From a virus (lineage: Duplodnaviria; Caudoviricetes): a stretch of 49,327 bases of DNA. Positions within the stretch are counted from its first letter, which is position 1; every line of letters begins with the position of its first letter. The translations under genes were made by a program, and so were the position numbers. The notes beneath the pieces were generated by a model. That model was not told the DNA's origin and ran no database searches. It saw nothing but the letters and a program-made list of their open reading frames with translations. The stretch spans positions 1 to 49,327 of IMG/VR virus record IMGVR_UViG_3300020171_000041; one strand, written 5' to 3'. Below are positions 9,343 to 18,449 of the stretch, one piece after another.

Positions 9343-9557
9343 TGGATTTAAAAGCTCTTAGAGATCAGGCGATCATGGAAGCAAACGATGAATTTTATCA
9401 GTTGAAAGTTTATCAGTATAAACACAACGTAAAAAACTGTATTCGTAAGATTTCAGAAAACAATGCACAGATTGAACTTCTCCAAGCAAACAATGCTTCA
9501 TTGAAAAAACAACTTTCTGAGTACGACCTGGAAGAATTTAAACGTGTGCAACTATAA
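9342..9557 (+). CDS. Small coiled-coil protein
   Basis: GGAGG RBS; heptad pattern. Confidence 0.65.
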   Translation: MDLKALRDQAIMEANDEFYQLKVYQYKHNVKNCIRKISENNAQIELLQANNASLKKQLSEYDLEEFKRVQL

Positions 9558-9706
9558 TTAATAAAAAACAAACAGTATCAGGGAAGTTCCTGACCAGTCG
9601 GCAAACGATAGGATAATAAATCCGGCAAGCCTATCACTGTAAGGTGACTATACAAGTAAGTCTTGACAAATCCTTACCTGTTTGTTTTCAAACAAGGATA
9701 TTAAAT

Positions 9707-10039
9707 ATGAAAGACCTCATAATCTCTGCACCATATTTTTCCTCCGACGACTATGAAATCCATTCAAATATTTATGAAGCCTCAATGATGGCTAAGTTCT
9801 ACTGGAAACTTGGGTACAATGTATTCTGTCCTCACATGAACTCGGCTTTCTTTGGAGGCCTGGTTCCAGAGGAGCAATTTCTCGCCGCTTGTATTGAAAG
9901 AATAATGAAAGCAGACATCATTGCCTTTCATCCCTCCTGGGCTAAGAGTTCAGGTTGTAGAAAAGAACGCCTTGCCGCAAAAACAGCAGGATTGGAATTA
10001 CTCTATCCTTTGTATGAAAACTTTATGGGGAGGAAATAA
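9707..10039 (+). CDS. DUF4406/DUF1937 nucleoside deoxyribosyltransferase-like protein
   Basis: IISAPY..G.NVFCPH..D.I..W.KS.GC.KE. Confidence 0.75.
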   Translation: MKDLIISAPYFSSDDYEIHSNIYEASMMAKFYWKLGYNVFCPHMNSAFFGGLVPEEQFLAACIERIMKADIIAFHPSWAKSSGCRKERLAAKTAGLELLYPLYENFMGRK

Positions 10040-10260
10040 TGACTAAAAGAATAAATCCGTTATTTACTAAAAACATAGAGAACCTTGTAAGTGAAAATAA
10101 GAAAATAGACATGACTTTATCATTTTTGCCTTGTATAAAATGGTTAATTGTCTTCTTAGATTATAGGAATATTCCTTTTAAAATTTTTAATCTTGGGGCA
10201 GGTGTTAAAAGAATAACAACTGAAACAGATGCTTGTCCTTGTTGCAAAAGGAAATTATAA
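10039..10260 (+). CDS. Hypothetical protein with C-terminal CPCC
   Basis: GGAGG RBS; translational coupling. Confidence 0.6.
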   Translation: MTKRINPLFTKNIENLVSENKKIDMTLSFLPCIKWLIVFLDYRNIPFKIFNLGAGVKRITTETDACPCCKRKL

Positions 10261-10261
10261 A

Positions 10262-12013
10262 ATGAACAAAAACGAACTAATACAAAAACTCTCTCTCGCA
10301 AATCGTACTTACGCATCAGGTTTCCCAATCATGACTGATACAGAATATGATCTGCTTTGGTCCCATCTTTATGCTATCGACCCTCATTGCCCACTCCTCT
10401 ACCATACCGCCAATGATCCAACTCTCGACATAAACATAGAGCCACACTTACACCCAATAATGGGAACTCAAAAAGCCTTTGATATAGATCAATTAAAGCC
10501 CTTCTTAACTCGCTTTGGTCACACGGCATTGATTCTCCAGCCAAAATATGATGGATGTGCCGCAGTAATCTATCGTCAGGATAATGAGAAGTATAAAATC
10601 CTCCTTGAAGGAAATGGATTATCCGGACGAAACATTACCTGTCATATCGAAAACTTGCTTATGATAGATACTCCCAGGTCAATGGAATCAGTTGAGATCA
10701 TCATCCCCATGAAGGACTGGAAACCATCTTATGGTGCAAATCCCAGAAATGTTGTCTCTGGATGGATGAACAGAAATGAGACTGATTTTCCTCCAGTCCG
10801 AGTTATCTTCCATGACAAGGGGCCATTGAACGAAATCTATAATTTCGATGGAGATTTTGATTACCTAAATGAACTGCTTCTCTCCCTTCATTACAAATGG
10901 TCTCAGGAATATCCCATTGACGGCATCATGATTAAGGTAAAAGATGAGGAACTTCGTGTCCGAGCAGGTCACAATGGCTCTGTTTCTAATTGGTCCATTG
11001 CATGGAAACCTCCAATTCAAGTTGCTGAAACAACAGTTACTAAAATCGAATGGAACGTCTCTCGCCAAGGAAGAGTTGTTCCAACTGTTATTTATGCTCC
11101 AATAGAGCTTTGCCAAACAATGAATACCAAGGCCACAGGTAATAATGCTCAGTGGATTACTGCGAAACATCTCTGTATTGGATCAAAAATAATTGTTGGA
11201 AAAGCAGGGGAGATAATTCCGAAAATACTTTCTTGTGAAGATTCTGTGCTTCCATTACGCCTCCCGGATAATTGTCCAGCGTGTGATTATCCTTTAGAAG
11301 TTGTAGGAAAGCACTTGGTTTGTAACGGCCCAGAATGTTTGTCAAAAATAGTCTCCAGGCTTGAATTTTTCTATGGTGATCGAGCTATGTTTATTAAGTC
11401 AATTGGTCGGGCATTATATCATAAGATTTTACAAAATCCATTAATCTATCGAGTATTGAAAGATCATATATATGCCTTGCTTGAACCAGAGGCTTTCTAC
11501 ATTGATGCAATTCTTGAGGCTGAAATGGGAGATGTAAGTTATACTAATTATAAGAAAGCCTTAAGTAAAATTTATGGAAAACGCTCAATTATTGCCTTTA
11601 TGTCCGGACTTGGTTATGAAGGTTTGGGTGAAAAGACTGCTACAAAACTATACCATTATATCAATGGTGCAAAATTAGAACAAAAAGTAAATTCTGATGT
11701 CATAAACTCTTTTGCGAAAGCCTATGCTGAATATGAAAAGGCAGTTGGAATATTCAAGATATTTAAATTCTCTGCTCCTCCAAAACCACCCCTAAAGAGA
11801 TATTGCATTACCGGAACGGTTTCTATTGATCGAGCGGATATGATTAGATATTTGGAAAAATACCAACTTGGTTTTACTAATACTGTTCTTAAGCATCTTG
11901 ATTTTTTAATCGTTGGAGATAAACCTGGAAGGGTTAAAATCGAAGTTGCAAAAAGACTTGGCGTTCCAATAATAACAGAAGAAGAAATATATAAATATAT
12001 TAATAAGGAGTAA
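10262..12013 (+). CDS. ligA: NAD-dependent DNA ligase
   Basis: Y..G.P.MTDTEYD, KYDG, NPRN, DGIMIK, IAWK, OB fold, Cys4 finger, HhH, BRCT (ITGT..LIVGDKPG..K). Confidence 0.9.
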   Translation: MNKNELIQKLSLANRTYASGFPIMTDTEYDLLWSHLYAIDPHCPLLYHTANDPTLDINIEPHLHPIMGTQKAFDIDQLKPFLTRFGHTALILQPKYDGCAAVIYRQDNEKYKILLEGNGLSGRNITCHIENLLMIDTPRSMESVEIIIPMKDWKPSYGANPRNVVSGWMNRNETDFPPVRVIFHDKGPLNEIYNFDGDFDYLNELLLSLHYKWSQEYPIDGIMIKVKDEELRVRAGHNGSVSNWSIAWKPPIQVAETTVTKIEWNVSRQGRVVPTVIYAPIELCQTMNTKATGNNAQWITAKHLCIGSKIIVGKAGEIIPKILSCEDSVLPLRLPDNCPACDYPLEVVGKHLVCNGPECLSKIVSRLEFFYGDRAMFIKSIGRALYHKILQNPLIYRVLKDHIYALLEPEAFYIDAILEAEMGDVSYTNYKKALSKIYGKRSIIAFMSGLGYEGLGEKTATKLYHYINGAKLEQKVNSDVINSFAKAYAEYEKAVGIFKIFKFSAPPKPPLKRYCITGTVSIDRADMIRYLEKYQLGFTNTVLKHLDFLIVGDKPGRVKIEVAKRLGVPIITEEEIYKYINKE

Positions 12014-12017
12014 TACT

Positions 12018-12227
12018 ATGGATAAAGAATGTATTTGCCAGGAATTTTTTCGTTCTGCATACTGTTCAGTTCATGGGATTAAAAAGAAAGATTCTTTAAA
12101 TGAATTTAATAAGTATAATGTTTTAAATGAAAAAATTAAAAGATTACGAAACACTAGACAAATTACTCAAGACATATCAGAAGTTCTTGAAAATATTCTA
12201 ACACTAATTAAGAGGAACGAATCATGA
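12018..12227 (+). CDS. Hypothetical protein
   Basis: AAGGAG RBS; CxC..CxxH. Confidence 0.6.
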   Translation: MDKECICQEFFRSAYCSVHGIKKKDSLNEFNKYNVLNEKIKRLRNTRQITQDISEVLENILTLIKRNES

Positions 12228-12466
12228 ACCCTCACACGATTAAAACCAAAGGTTACAAAGACTACATGGTTCGAGTAGGTGCATGGATTGACAAAGATGA
12301 TTATACTCCAATAGCAATGGAGTTTCGCCATGGACAGACTAATGCTTTTTGGAGATCAGTTTATGCCTCGATTAGTCAACTAATCAAAGACGGGAAGTTT
12401 ACTGATGTTTTGTTATTCATTCAGGGGAAGAAAGATTTATTACTCAAGGTTGTAAAGGAGAAATAA
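12224..12466 (+). CDS. Hypothetical protein
   Basis: ATGA overlap with upstream gene. Confidence 0.6.
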   Translation: MNPHTIKTKGYKDYMVRVGAWIDKDDYTPIAMEFRHGQTNAFWRSVYASISQLIKDGKFTDVLLFIQGKKDLLLKVVKEK

Positions 12467-12469
12467 CTC

Positions 12470-12736
12470 ATGCCTCTAATGGATAGGATAAAAATAACCT
12501 CTTTTCTCGACCTGCATCATGGAGAACAATATCTAAAGATTCAAAAGATCCAAGCTCTCCGAGTCCAAATGCTTGCAGAAGCCAAGGTTAAGAAAACAGG
12601 AATGACTAAAACCCAACGGAAGATAAGGGAGAAGAAAGGAACTTTGCCGAAATCTAAGGTTCCCAACATCCTTAAAACTATTGACAAACTCTCGTTGGCA
12701 GAACTTGAGAATTTACTTTTACGAATGGAGAATTAA
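12470..12736 (+). CDS. Hypothetical basic protein
   Basis: AAGGAG RBS; C-terminal IDKLSLAELENL. Confidence 0.65.
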   Translation: MPLMDRIKITSFLDLHHGEQYLKIQKIQALRVQMLAEAKVKKTGMTKTQRKIREKKGTLPKSKVPNILKTIDKLSLAELENLLLRMEN

Positions 12737-12739
12737 AAC

Positions 12740-12931
12740 ATGGAATACCAAATATTAGTTGGCTCTTGTTCACACTGTCAAAAAGTATTAAATACTTGGA
12801 AACATACATATGATCTTATTATTTTGTCAACTGCATTTAATGGTGTTGGCGATCTTGCAAATGATCTGATTATTGTTTTAACAAGAACTCCAAAAGAATT
12901 TAATAAAAAAGGATTAAATGCAAATGTCTAA
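12740..12931 (+). CDS. Hypothetical protein
   Basis: GGAG RBS. Confidence 0.55.
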   Translation: MEYQILVGSCSHCQKVLNTWKHTYDLIILSTAFNGVGDLANDLIIVLTRTPKEFNKKGLNANV

Positions 12932-14387
12932 AAAATCTCATAAAATTAAAGAACTATTGATCTCAGAAATCATTGTGGATGCTAAGCCTCGTCGGGAACT
13001 TGGAGATCTTGAATCTCTCAAACAATCCATTTCCGATCAAGGCATGTTTCATGCAATCCTGGTAGATGAAAACTATGTTCTCGCCGCAGGAGAAAGGCGT
13101 TATACTGCTTGTAAAGAACTCGGTTATGAAACAATCTCTGCAAAGATAATCAAAGGTTTGTCCAAAGAAGATAAGCTTATGATCGAATGGTTGGAGAATA
13201 AAGAGAGGAAAGATTTCCTGTGGTATGAGGAGCTTGAACTCAGATATCGTCTCCACTTAATGTGGTCCTCAGACCCTAATCTTAATCCTTGGGGGTATAG
13301 GGAAACAGCAGAGAAACTTCGTTGCTCTATCGGAGGACTTTCTACTGATCTTACGCTGGCAAAAATGATGGCAAGTCTTCCTCATCTTAAGCAATACGAT
13401 ACAAAGACCAAAGCCCGGGATGCATGTAAGAAACTAATAGATGATATTAAAGCAGATGAGGCGATTCAAAAGCTCCCCGAAGAAGCCAAGCAGAAGTTGC
13501 AAGACTTGCGAGACGGGAATCTTCCTGCTATCACCAAGGCTAAAGAGGAAGTTAAGGAGCTAAAAGCTAAAGAAAAGAAAAAGAATCCATTACCCAATGC
13601 TAAGAATCCAGACGGCTCACCTGACTTAAAAGATCTAATTGACGTTCATGTGGTGAACAGCGAGAAAGCGTTTGATACCAATACAGATGTCAGAGTTAAG
13701 AAGAAGCCTGAAATTATCTATGCGATAGAACCTATTGAAACCTTTCTTCCTAAAGTTCCAGACGACTCTGTAGGTTTTGTAGAAATAGATCCTCCTTATG
13801 CAATAGATTTTAACAACACATACTGTCAGCTGAGCAACACAGAAGTTAATGCAACTGACTGGACAGTGGAAACCTTAATGAAGTTTTACAAAACACAATT
13901 ACCAATAATCTACAACAAAATGATGGATAATTCTTGGTGCCTGTGTTGGACAGGAAAAGAACATTGGAAAGAAACAAATGAGATAGCTCTTGAAGTTGGT
14001 TTCAAGATCCAGTATCCAGGGATATGGAATAAAGTCGGAGGGTCATGTAACACTCCCAAAACTACGATGATAAGTAACTATGAAACTTTCCTCTTATTCC
14101 GAAAAGGCATACCAATATTTAATGTCCCGTCTGTTCCGGCTGTCTGGAATTATTCATCTGTCCCCGCATCCAAGCGTATACACCAGTGGGAGAAACCAAT
14201 GGAGATGTATAGATATATGATGGATATCATGGGCAGGCCTGGGGCTTTCTTTCTCAGTCCATTCGCAGGTTCTGGCAACTCTATGATCGCCGCTGCAGTA
14301 AATGGTATGCTCCCTCTTGGCTGTGATACAAGTGAGAAATATCTCACTCAATTTTACTTAAGACTTGATAATTATTTTCTTGAATAG
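12918..14387 (+). CDS. ParB N-terminal domain-HTH-amino (N4/N6) DNA methyltransferase fusion
   Basis: PRR..L.SL..SI..G..ILVD..LAAGERRYTA..EN.ERKD; HTH YRETAEKLRCSIGGLS; DPPY, H..EKP, PFAGSGNS. Confidence 0.9.
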   Translation: MQMSKKSHKIKELLISEIIVDAKPRRELGDLESLKQSISDQGMFHAILVDENYVLAAGERRYTACKELGYETISAKIIKGLSKEDKLMIEWLENKERKDFLWYEELELRYRLHLMWSSDPNLNPWGYRETAEKLRCSIGGLSTDLTLAKMMASLPHLKQYDTKTKARDACKKLIDDIKADEAIQKLPEEAKQKLQDLRDGNLPAITKAKEEVKELKAKEKKKNPLPNAKNPDGSPDLKDLIDVHVVNSEKAFDTNTDVRVKKKPEIIYAIEPIETFLPKVPDDSVGFVEIDPPYAIDFNNTYCQLSNTEVNATDWTVETLMKFYKTQLPIIYNKMMDNSWCLCWTGKEHWKETNEIALEVGFKIQYPGIWNKVGGSCNTPKTTMISNYETFLLFRKGIPIFNVPSVPAVWNYSSVPASKRIHQWEKPMEMYRYMMDIMGRPGAFFLSPFAGSGNSMIAAAVNGMLPLGCDTSEKYLTQFYLRLDNYFLE

Positions 14388-14399
14388 GAGAAATAAATA

Positions 14400-14612
14400 A
14401 TGGCTGTTACTAAAAAATGCAAGCACCTTGGTGCAGTTCCTCTGGAAATCACCTTCGGAAAGCGCAAAAGAATTGAAGGAACTAATGACTGGATTACTGA
14501 TTTCTCGTCAGTAATTTCCAACTCAACTAAAGCAAGGGTTACTAAGTACTATTGCTTTTCTTGTGAAGAAGAAATTGATGTTCCATTAGAGATTATTAAA
14601 AATGAAATTTAA
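14400..14612 (+). CDS. Small putative zinc-binding protein
   Basis: AGGAG RBS; CKH..CFSC. Confidence 0.6.
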   Translation: MAVTKKCKHLGAVPLEITFGKRKRIEGTNDWITDFSSVISNSTKARVTKYYCFSCEEEIDVPLEIIKNEI

Positions 14613-15315
14613 CATACCAAAACGACTGCCGAAGGTCAGTGATTTTGATCCTTTGAAAATCGACTGTCCTCCAACAGATAATATTGTCCATGCATCCATT
14701 GCCATTGTCGGAGAATCTCCTTCATCAGTAGATGCCACAGAACGAATCCCTTTTAAAGATTCTGCTGGAAGTCAATTAAACAGAATCTTCAACCACGCTA
14801 AAGTGCCAAGATATAAGTTATATCTTACCTATGCATGTAAGGCTATGATTCCTCTTGGAAAAGATTCTAAGACTAATTATGGCAAGTTATGGACTCCCAA
14901 AGGATTCAGGTGTCCTGAATGGTATACTTTGCAAGAATCCTTAATGGCAGAGCTTGAGCATTTTAATGGAAAGTTAATCTTCTTACTCGGCAATACCCCC
15001 ATGAAACTTCTCCTCGATGATCCTCGTATAGACTTTGTGGATAAATATCATGGAAGTGTTTATCGAGCAGAAGAATTTCCGCATCTGGCCGAAAGGTTCA
15101 AAGGGAAGTTTTTCTGCATTTCATATTGTCCTTCATTCACTCTACCTCGAAACAAACCTATTAGCTTCTACACTATGTTGGGAGAGTTTCAAAAGTTTAT
15201 GGACCTTGAGGAGGATGAAGAATTATATGACAAGACAAAGGTAACCATTAAAACCAATCCTTTATTAAATGAAATCCTATCGTTTTATGCAAGAATAAAA
15301 GAAGGAGTTGCCTAA
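14602..15315 (+). CDS. Uracil-DNA glycosylase-like domain (family 4/5 fold), probable detached N-terminus of PolA
   Basis: IAIVGESP..PF..SAG.QL, LLGNTP; usual YHP appears as YCP. Confidence 0.75.
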   Translation: MKFNIPKRLPKVSDFDPLKIDCPPTDNIVHASIAIVGESPSSVDATERIPFKDSAGSQLNRIFNHAKVPRYKLYLTYACKAMIPLGKDSKTNYGKLWTPKGFRCPEWYTLQESLMAELEHFNGKLIFLLGNTPMKLLLDDPRIDFVDKYHGSVYRAEEFPHLAERFKGKFFCISYCPSFTLPRNKPISFYTMLGEFQKFMDLEEDEELYDKTKVTIKTNPLLNEILSFYARIKEGVA

Positions 15316-15779
15316 TGTATTTAGCAGAGCAAGATAAAAAAAGATTTTGGAGTAAGGCAGATGTCAGAGGTACTGATGATTGTTGGGAATGGCAAGCAAG
15401 CAAGAATAAGGTTGGTTATGGGCAGTTTTGGTTATCAGGTTATTATGAAAAAGCTCATAGGGTTGCTTTTTTTATTTCTAATGAAGGAAAACAAGTAAAA
15501 AAATTTGTTTTACATACATGTGATAATCCTTCTTGTGTAAATCCTAATCATCTTTATGAAGGTTCACAAGCAAATAATATGAATGATATGTATAGACGAA
15601 ACTCAACTACATATTCTAAAGGAAAGTTAAACGAAGAATGTGTTAAGGTTATTAAATGGATGTTAAAGTATAAATATAAAAGAGGATTAGTTAATAAATT
15701 AGCAGAGTTACATAAAGTAAGACATACTACTATAAGTGAAATTAAAAATAATCATACGTGGGCTCATATAACGATATAA
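15315..15779 (+). CDS. HNH homing endonuclease
   Basis: RFWSK..CWEW..GYG..AHRVA..VLHTCDNPSCVNPNHL.EG...NMND plus C-terminal HTH; AT-rich. Confidence 0.9.
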   Translation: MYLAEQDKKRFWSKADVRGTDDCWEWQASKNKVGYGQFWLSGYYEKAHRVAFFISNEGKQVKKFVLHTCDNPSCVNPNHLYEGSQANNMNDMYRRNSTTYSKGKLNEECVKVIKWMLKYKYKRGLVNKLAELHKVRHTTISEIKNNHTWAHITI

Positions 15780-15788
15780 GGATATCTT

Positions 15789-17627
15789 ATGAAAAAGCAT
15801 ATTGTAGCATTTGATATTGAGTCTAATCCAGTATTTATTACTTGTTTTTCCTTGGCTTTTGAAAACGATGAGGGTATTATAGAAACCATGAGTATTCCCT
15901 TAATGAATAATAAGGGAAACATGTGGACTATTGAGCAAGAAATACTTATTTGGAAAGGCTTAGCAGAAATTTTAATTAATCCGGAAATCAAGATTATCTG
16001 TCAAAACGGGATGTTTGATTTAATGTTTGTTTTACGGACAATGAATATTATTACAGACAATTTCTTCTTCGACACAATGCTCGCACAGCATTTAGTATTA
16101 ACCGATCTACCAAAGGGCTTAGACTTTCTCACTTCTGCATATACCTATTTCCCATATTATAAAGATGAAGGAAAGCAATCCCACCTCAGTGCTATTAAAA
16201 ACTGGCCACAGTATTGGGAATATAATGCAAAAGATTCTGCATATCTATTTCCAATTATGGATAAGCTCCAAGAGGAGATTGACGAACTTGGGGTGCAAGA
16301 ATTCATGGATGAACAAATGAATCTGCATAAACCATTAATGGAAATGGAATACAATGGTATTATGACAGATCAGATCGGTTTGCTCAAAGCGAAGAAGACT
16401 TATGAACGGAAGTATAATGCCATATTGCATGGACTGAAAAAAATCGTAGGCTTTGATCTAAACACAAATTCTTCAAAGCAAATGTGTGCATATTTCTATG
16501 GAATTTGTATGATAAAACCTTATGTCCAACGATCAGGGAAGGGTAAAGGAAACCCAACTTGTGGAGCTATGGCGTTGAGCAGAATAGCCAGAAAGAAAGT
16601 CAAAGGATCTGTTGAAGCCAAGATGATAATGAAGCTCCGAAAGATCGGAAAACTCCTATCTACTTATTTTATCAAAAACACTGATGATGATGATAAGTTA
16701 AGGGGAGCATACAAGATTGGTGGAGCCAACACAGGTAGGCTTAGTTCCGAGAAGACCTTCTTTGGCACTGGAGCGAACTTGCAAAACCAACCATATCTTT
16801 TTAAGAAATATCTCATTCCTGATAAGGGAAAACTTCTATGTGAATGGGACCTCCAGAAAGCAGAAGCTCATGTAGTAGCACATCTTTGTCAAGATGAAAT
16901 GATGATTCAAGCCTTTGAAGATGGAGTAGATGTTCATTCCCTCAACGCCTCTGTTATTTTTAATTGTAGTATTGAAGAAGTGAAGAATGAAAAAAGAATA
17001 CCTGGAAAATTGACGATGCGTGACATGGGAAAGAAAGTAAAACATGCATCTAACTATGGCATGGGTGCACAAACCTTTTCAGACGATCTTGCCAAGGAAG
17101 AAATCTATCTTGATTTTAGTGAATGTAAAGAACTTCTCCTGGCAAATGAACGTCAGTCACCATCATTATCTAATTGGCAGAAGCAAATAGAACAGGAAGT
17201 TGCCTCAAACAGGATTCTTTACAACCTCTTCAATCGTCCAAAGCGTTTTCTTGGTATGATGGATAGGAATCTTTTTGGTTCAGCTTATGCTTATAAACCT
17301 CAATCAACTGTTGCAGAACTTCTTAATCGTGGAAGTATTAAAATTGCCAACGATCCAATGCTTGGTCGAGGCCATTATGATATCGACCTTCTCGCCACAG
17401 TACATGATAGTGATTTAGGTCAATGGGATATTTGTAATGCAGATAGATTGGTTGAAATCTTATTAAGATTAAGAGATCACCTCACTCATACATTTACATA
17501 CAAAGGAAGGAATTTTTCCATCGGACTTGATGCAAAGATTGGCTTCCAGTGGGCAGGTAAGACAGCGGAAATCTTTCCTTTTACAAAAGAAAATTGTGAG
17601 ATAGCCTTGCATAAAATAGGAGCGTAG
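15789..17627 (+). CDS. polA: Family A DNA polymerase with 3'-5' exonuclease
   Basis: AFDIE, QNGMFD, YNAKD; TGRLSS, NLQNQP, DLQKAE, R..GKKVKHASNYG, PQSTVA, VHDS. Confidence 0.95.
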   Translation: MKKHIVAFDIESNPVFITCFSLAFENDEGIIETMSIPLMNNKGNMWTIEQEILIWKGLAEILINPEIKIICQNGMFDLMFVLRTMNIITDNFFFDTMLAQHLVLTDLPKGLDFLTSAYTYFPYYKDEGKQSHLSAIKNWPQYWEYNAKDSAYLFPIMDKLQEEIDELGVQEFMDEQMNLHKPLMEMEYNGIMTDQIGLLKAKKTYERKYNAILHGLKKIVGFDLNTNSSKQMCAYFYGICMIKPYVQRSGKGKGNPTCGAMALSRIARKKVKGSVEAKMIMKLRKIGKLLSTYFIKNTDDDDKLRGAYKIGGANTGRLSSEKTFFGTGANLQNQPYLFKKYLIPDKGKLLCEWDLQKAEAHVVAHLCQDEMMIQAFEDGVDVHSLNASVIFNCSIEEVKNEKRIPGKLTMRDMGKKVKHASNYGMGAQTFSDDLAKEEIYLDFSECKELLLANERQSPSLSNWQKQIEQEVASNRILYNLFNRPKRFLGMMDRNLFGSAYAYKPQSTVAELLNRGSIKIANDPMLGRGHYDIDLLATVHDSDLGQWDICNADRLVEILLRLRDHLTHTFTYKGRNFSIGLDAKIGFQWAGKTAEIFPFTKENCEIALHKIGA

Positions 17628-17811
17628 TGTTGGTAAATCTTTCGTTTAACAGCGTTTTAAAACGTATCATTACACTTTTTACGTGTGGCATGTCAAAAAC
17701 CCCAACAACAAAGCGTGAACCCCCTACGATTTGATTTTTGAAGCGTATTTAACTTGGGCTTTTGCTAAATTTTTATGTTTGTTAAAAAGTGTTAAAAAAC
17801 AATAAAAAGTG

Positions 17812-17840
17812 TTGACAAAATATAACACCCATGTTATTAT
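17812..17840 (+). promoter_or_regulatory. Near-consensus sigma70 promoter with overlapping palindrome
   Basis: TTGACA-17bp-TATTAT; ATAACA-N4-TGTTAT at 17822-17837. Confidence 0.8.
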
Positions 17841-17877
17841 AAAAGATAGTTAATAATAACAAAAGGAGTTTAATTTT

Positions 17878-18030
17878 ATGAAACAGACAGGGTTTAGAGT
17901 CAATGAAGAAATTTATAAATGGCTAAAAGAACAGGCAGAAAAAGAACATCGAAGTATAAATAATTATCTTCTTCTATTAGTTATCAAAGATAAAGAATCT
18001 AAAAAGGATGCTGAAAATGGAAAATTATAA
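17878..18030 (+). CDS. Arc-like ribbon-helix-helix protein (50 aa, not in ORF track)
   Basis: MKQTGFRVNEEIYKWLKEQAEKEHRSINNYL; AAGGAG RBS. Confidence 0.8.
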   Translation: MKQTGFRVNEEIYKWLKEQAEKEHRSINNYLLLLVIKDKESKKDAENGKL

Positions 18031-18448
18031 AGAAGAAATTCAATATGCGATGACAAGAAAAGATCATATTTTTTATAATGAGTTTTATAAAATCAGAGAA
18101 CATTTAACTCTTATTTTATATAAATTAATAAATAAATGTCATAATGAAAAAGATCCTTTTTACTTATATTTTGGCCGAAAAGATATTAATGTTTGCAAAG
18201 AATGGAGAACTAACTTTAATTCTTTTGTTGGTTGGGCATTAAATAATAATTATATAATTGGAATGTATATACACCGAATAAATATACATCAAGATTATTC
18301 TCCAAACAATTGTATTATTTGTACACCAGAAAGACACGAAGATCTTAGAATGGATCTTAACAGATCTCAAGACGAAAATGAATTTAAATATTCTAAGAAA
18401 GAACTTGATAATGCAATTAAATTTTTAGAAAACCTGAGAGATAAATAA
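18008..18448 (+). CDS. Divergent HNH-like phage protein
   Basis: C.N..D.FY.YFGRKDINVCKEW..F..WA..IHRIN...YSPNNC. Confidence 0.65.
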   Translation: MLKMENYKEEIQYAMTRKDHIFYNEFYKIREHLTLILYKLINKCHNEKDPFYLYFGRKDINVCKEWRTNFNSFVGWALNNNYIIGMYIHRINIHQDYSPNNCIICTPERHEDLRMDLNRSQDENEFKYSKKELDNAIKFLENLRDK

Positions 18449-18449
18449 T

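Noticed and set aside
9589-9612. Hammerhead ribozyme (CTGACCAGTC...GATA)
   Set aside because: Core deviates from CUGANGA and GAAA at essential positions
15315-15788. Group I intron in the polymerase gene
   Set aside because: Essentially no non-coding flank for a ribozyme core, and both downstream ORFs have their own RBS
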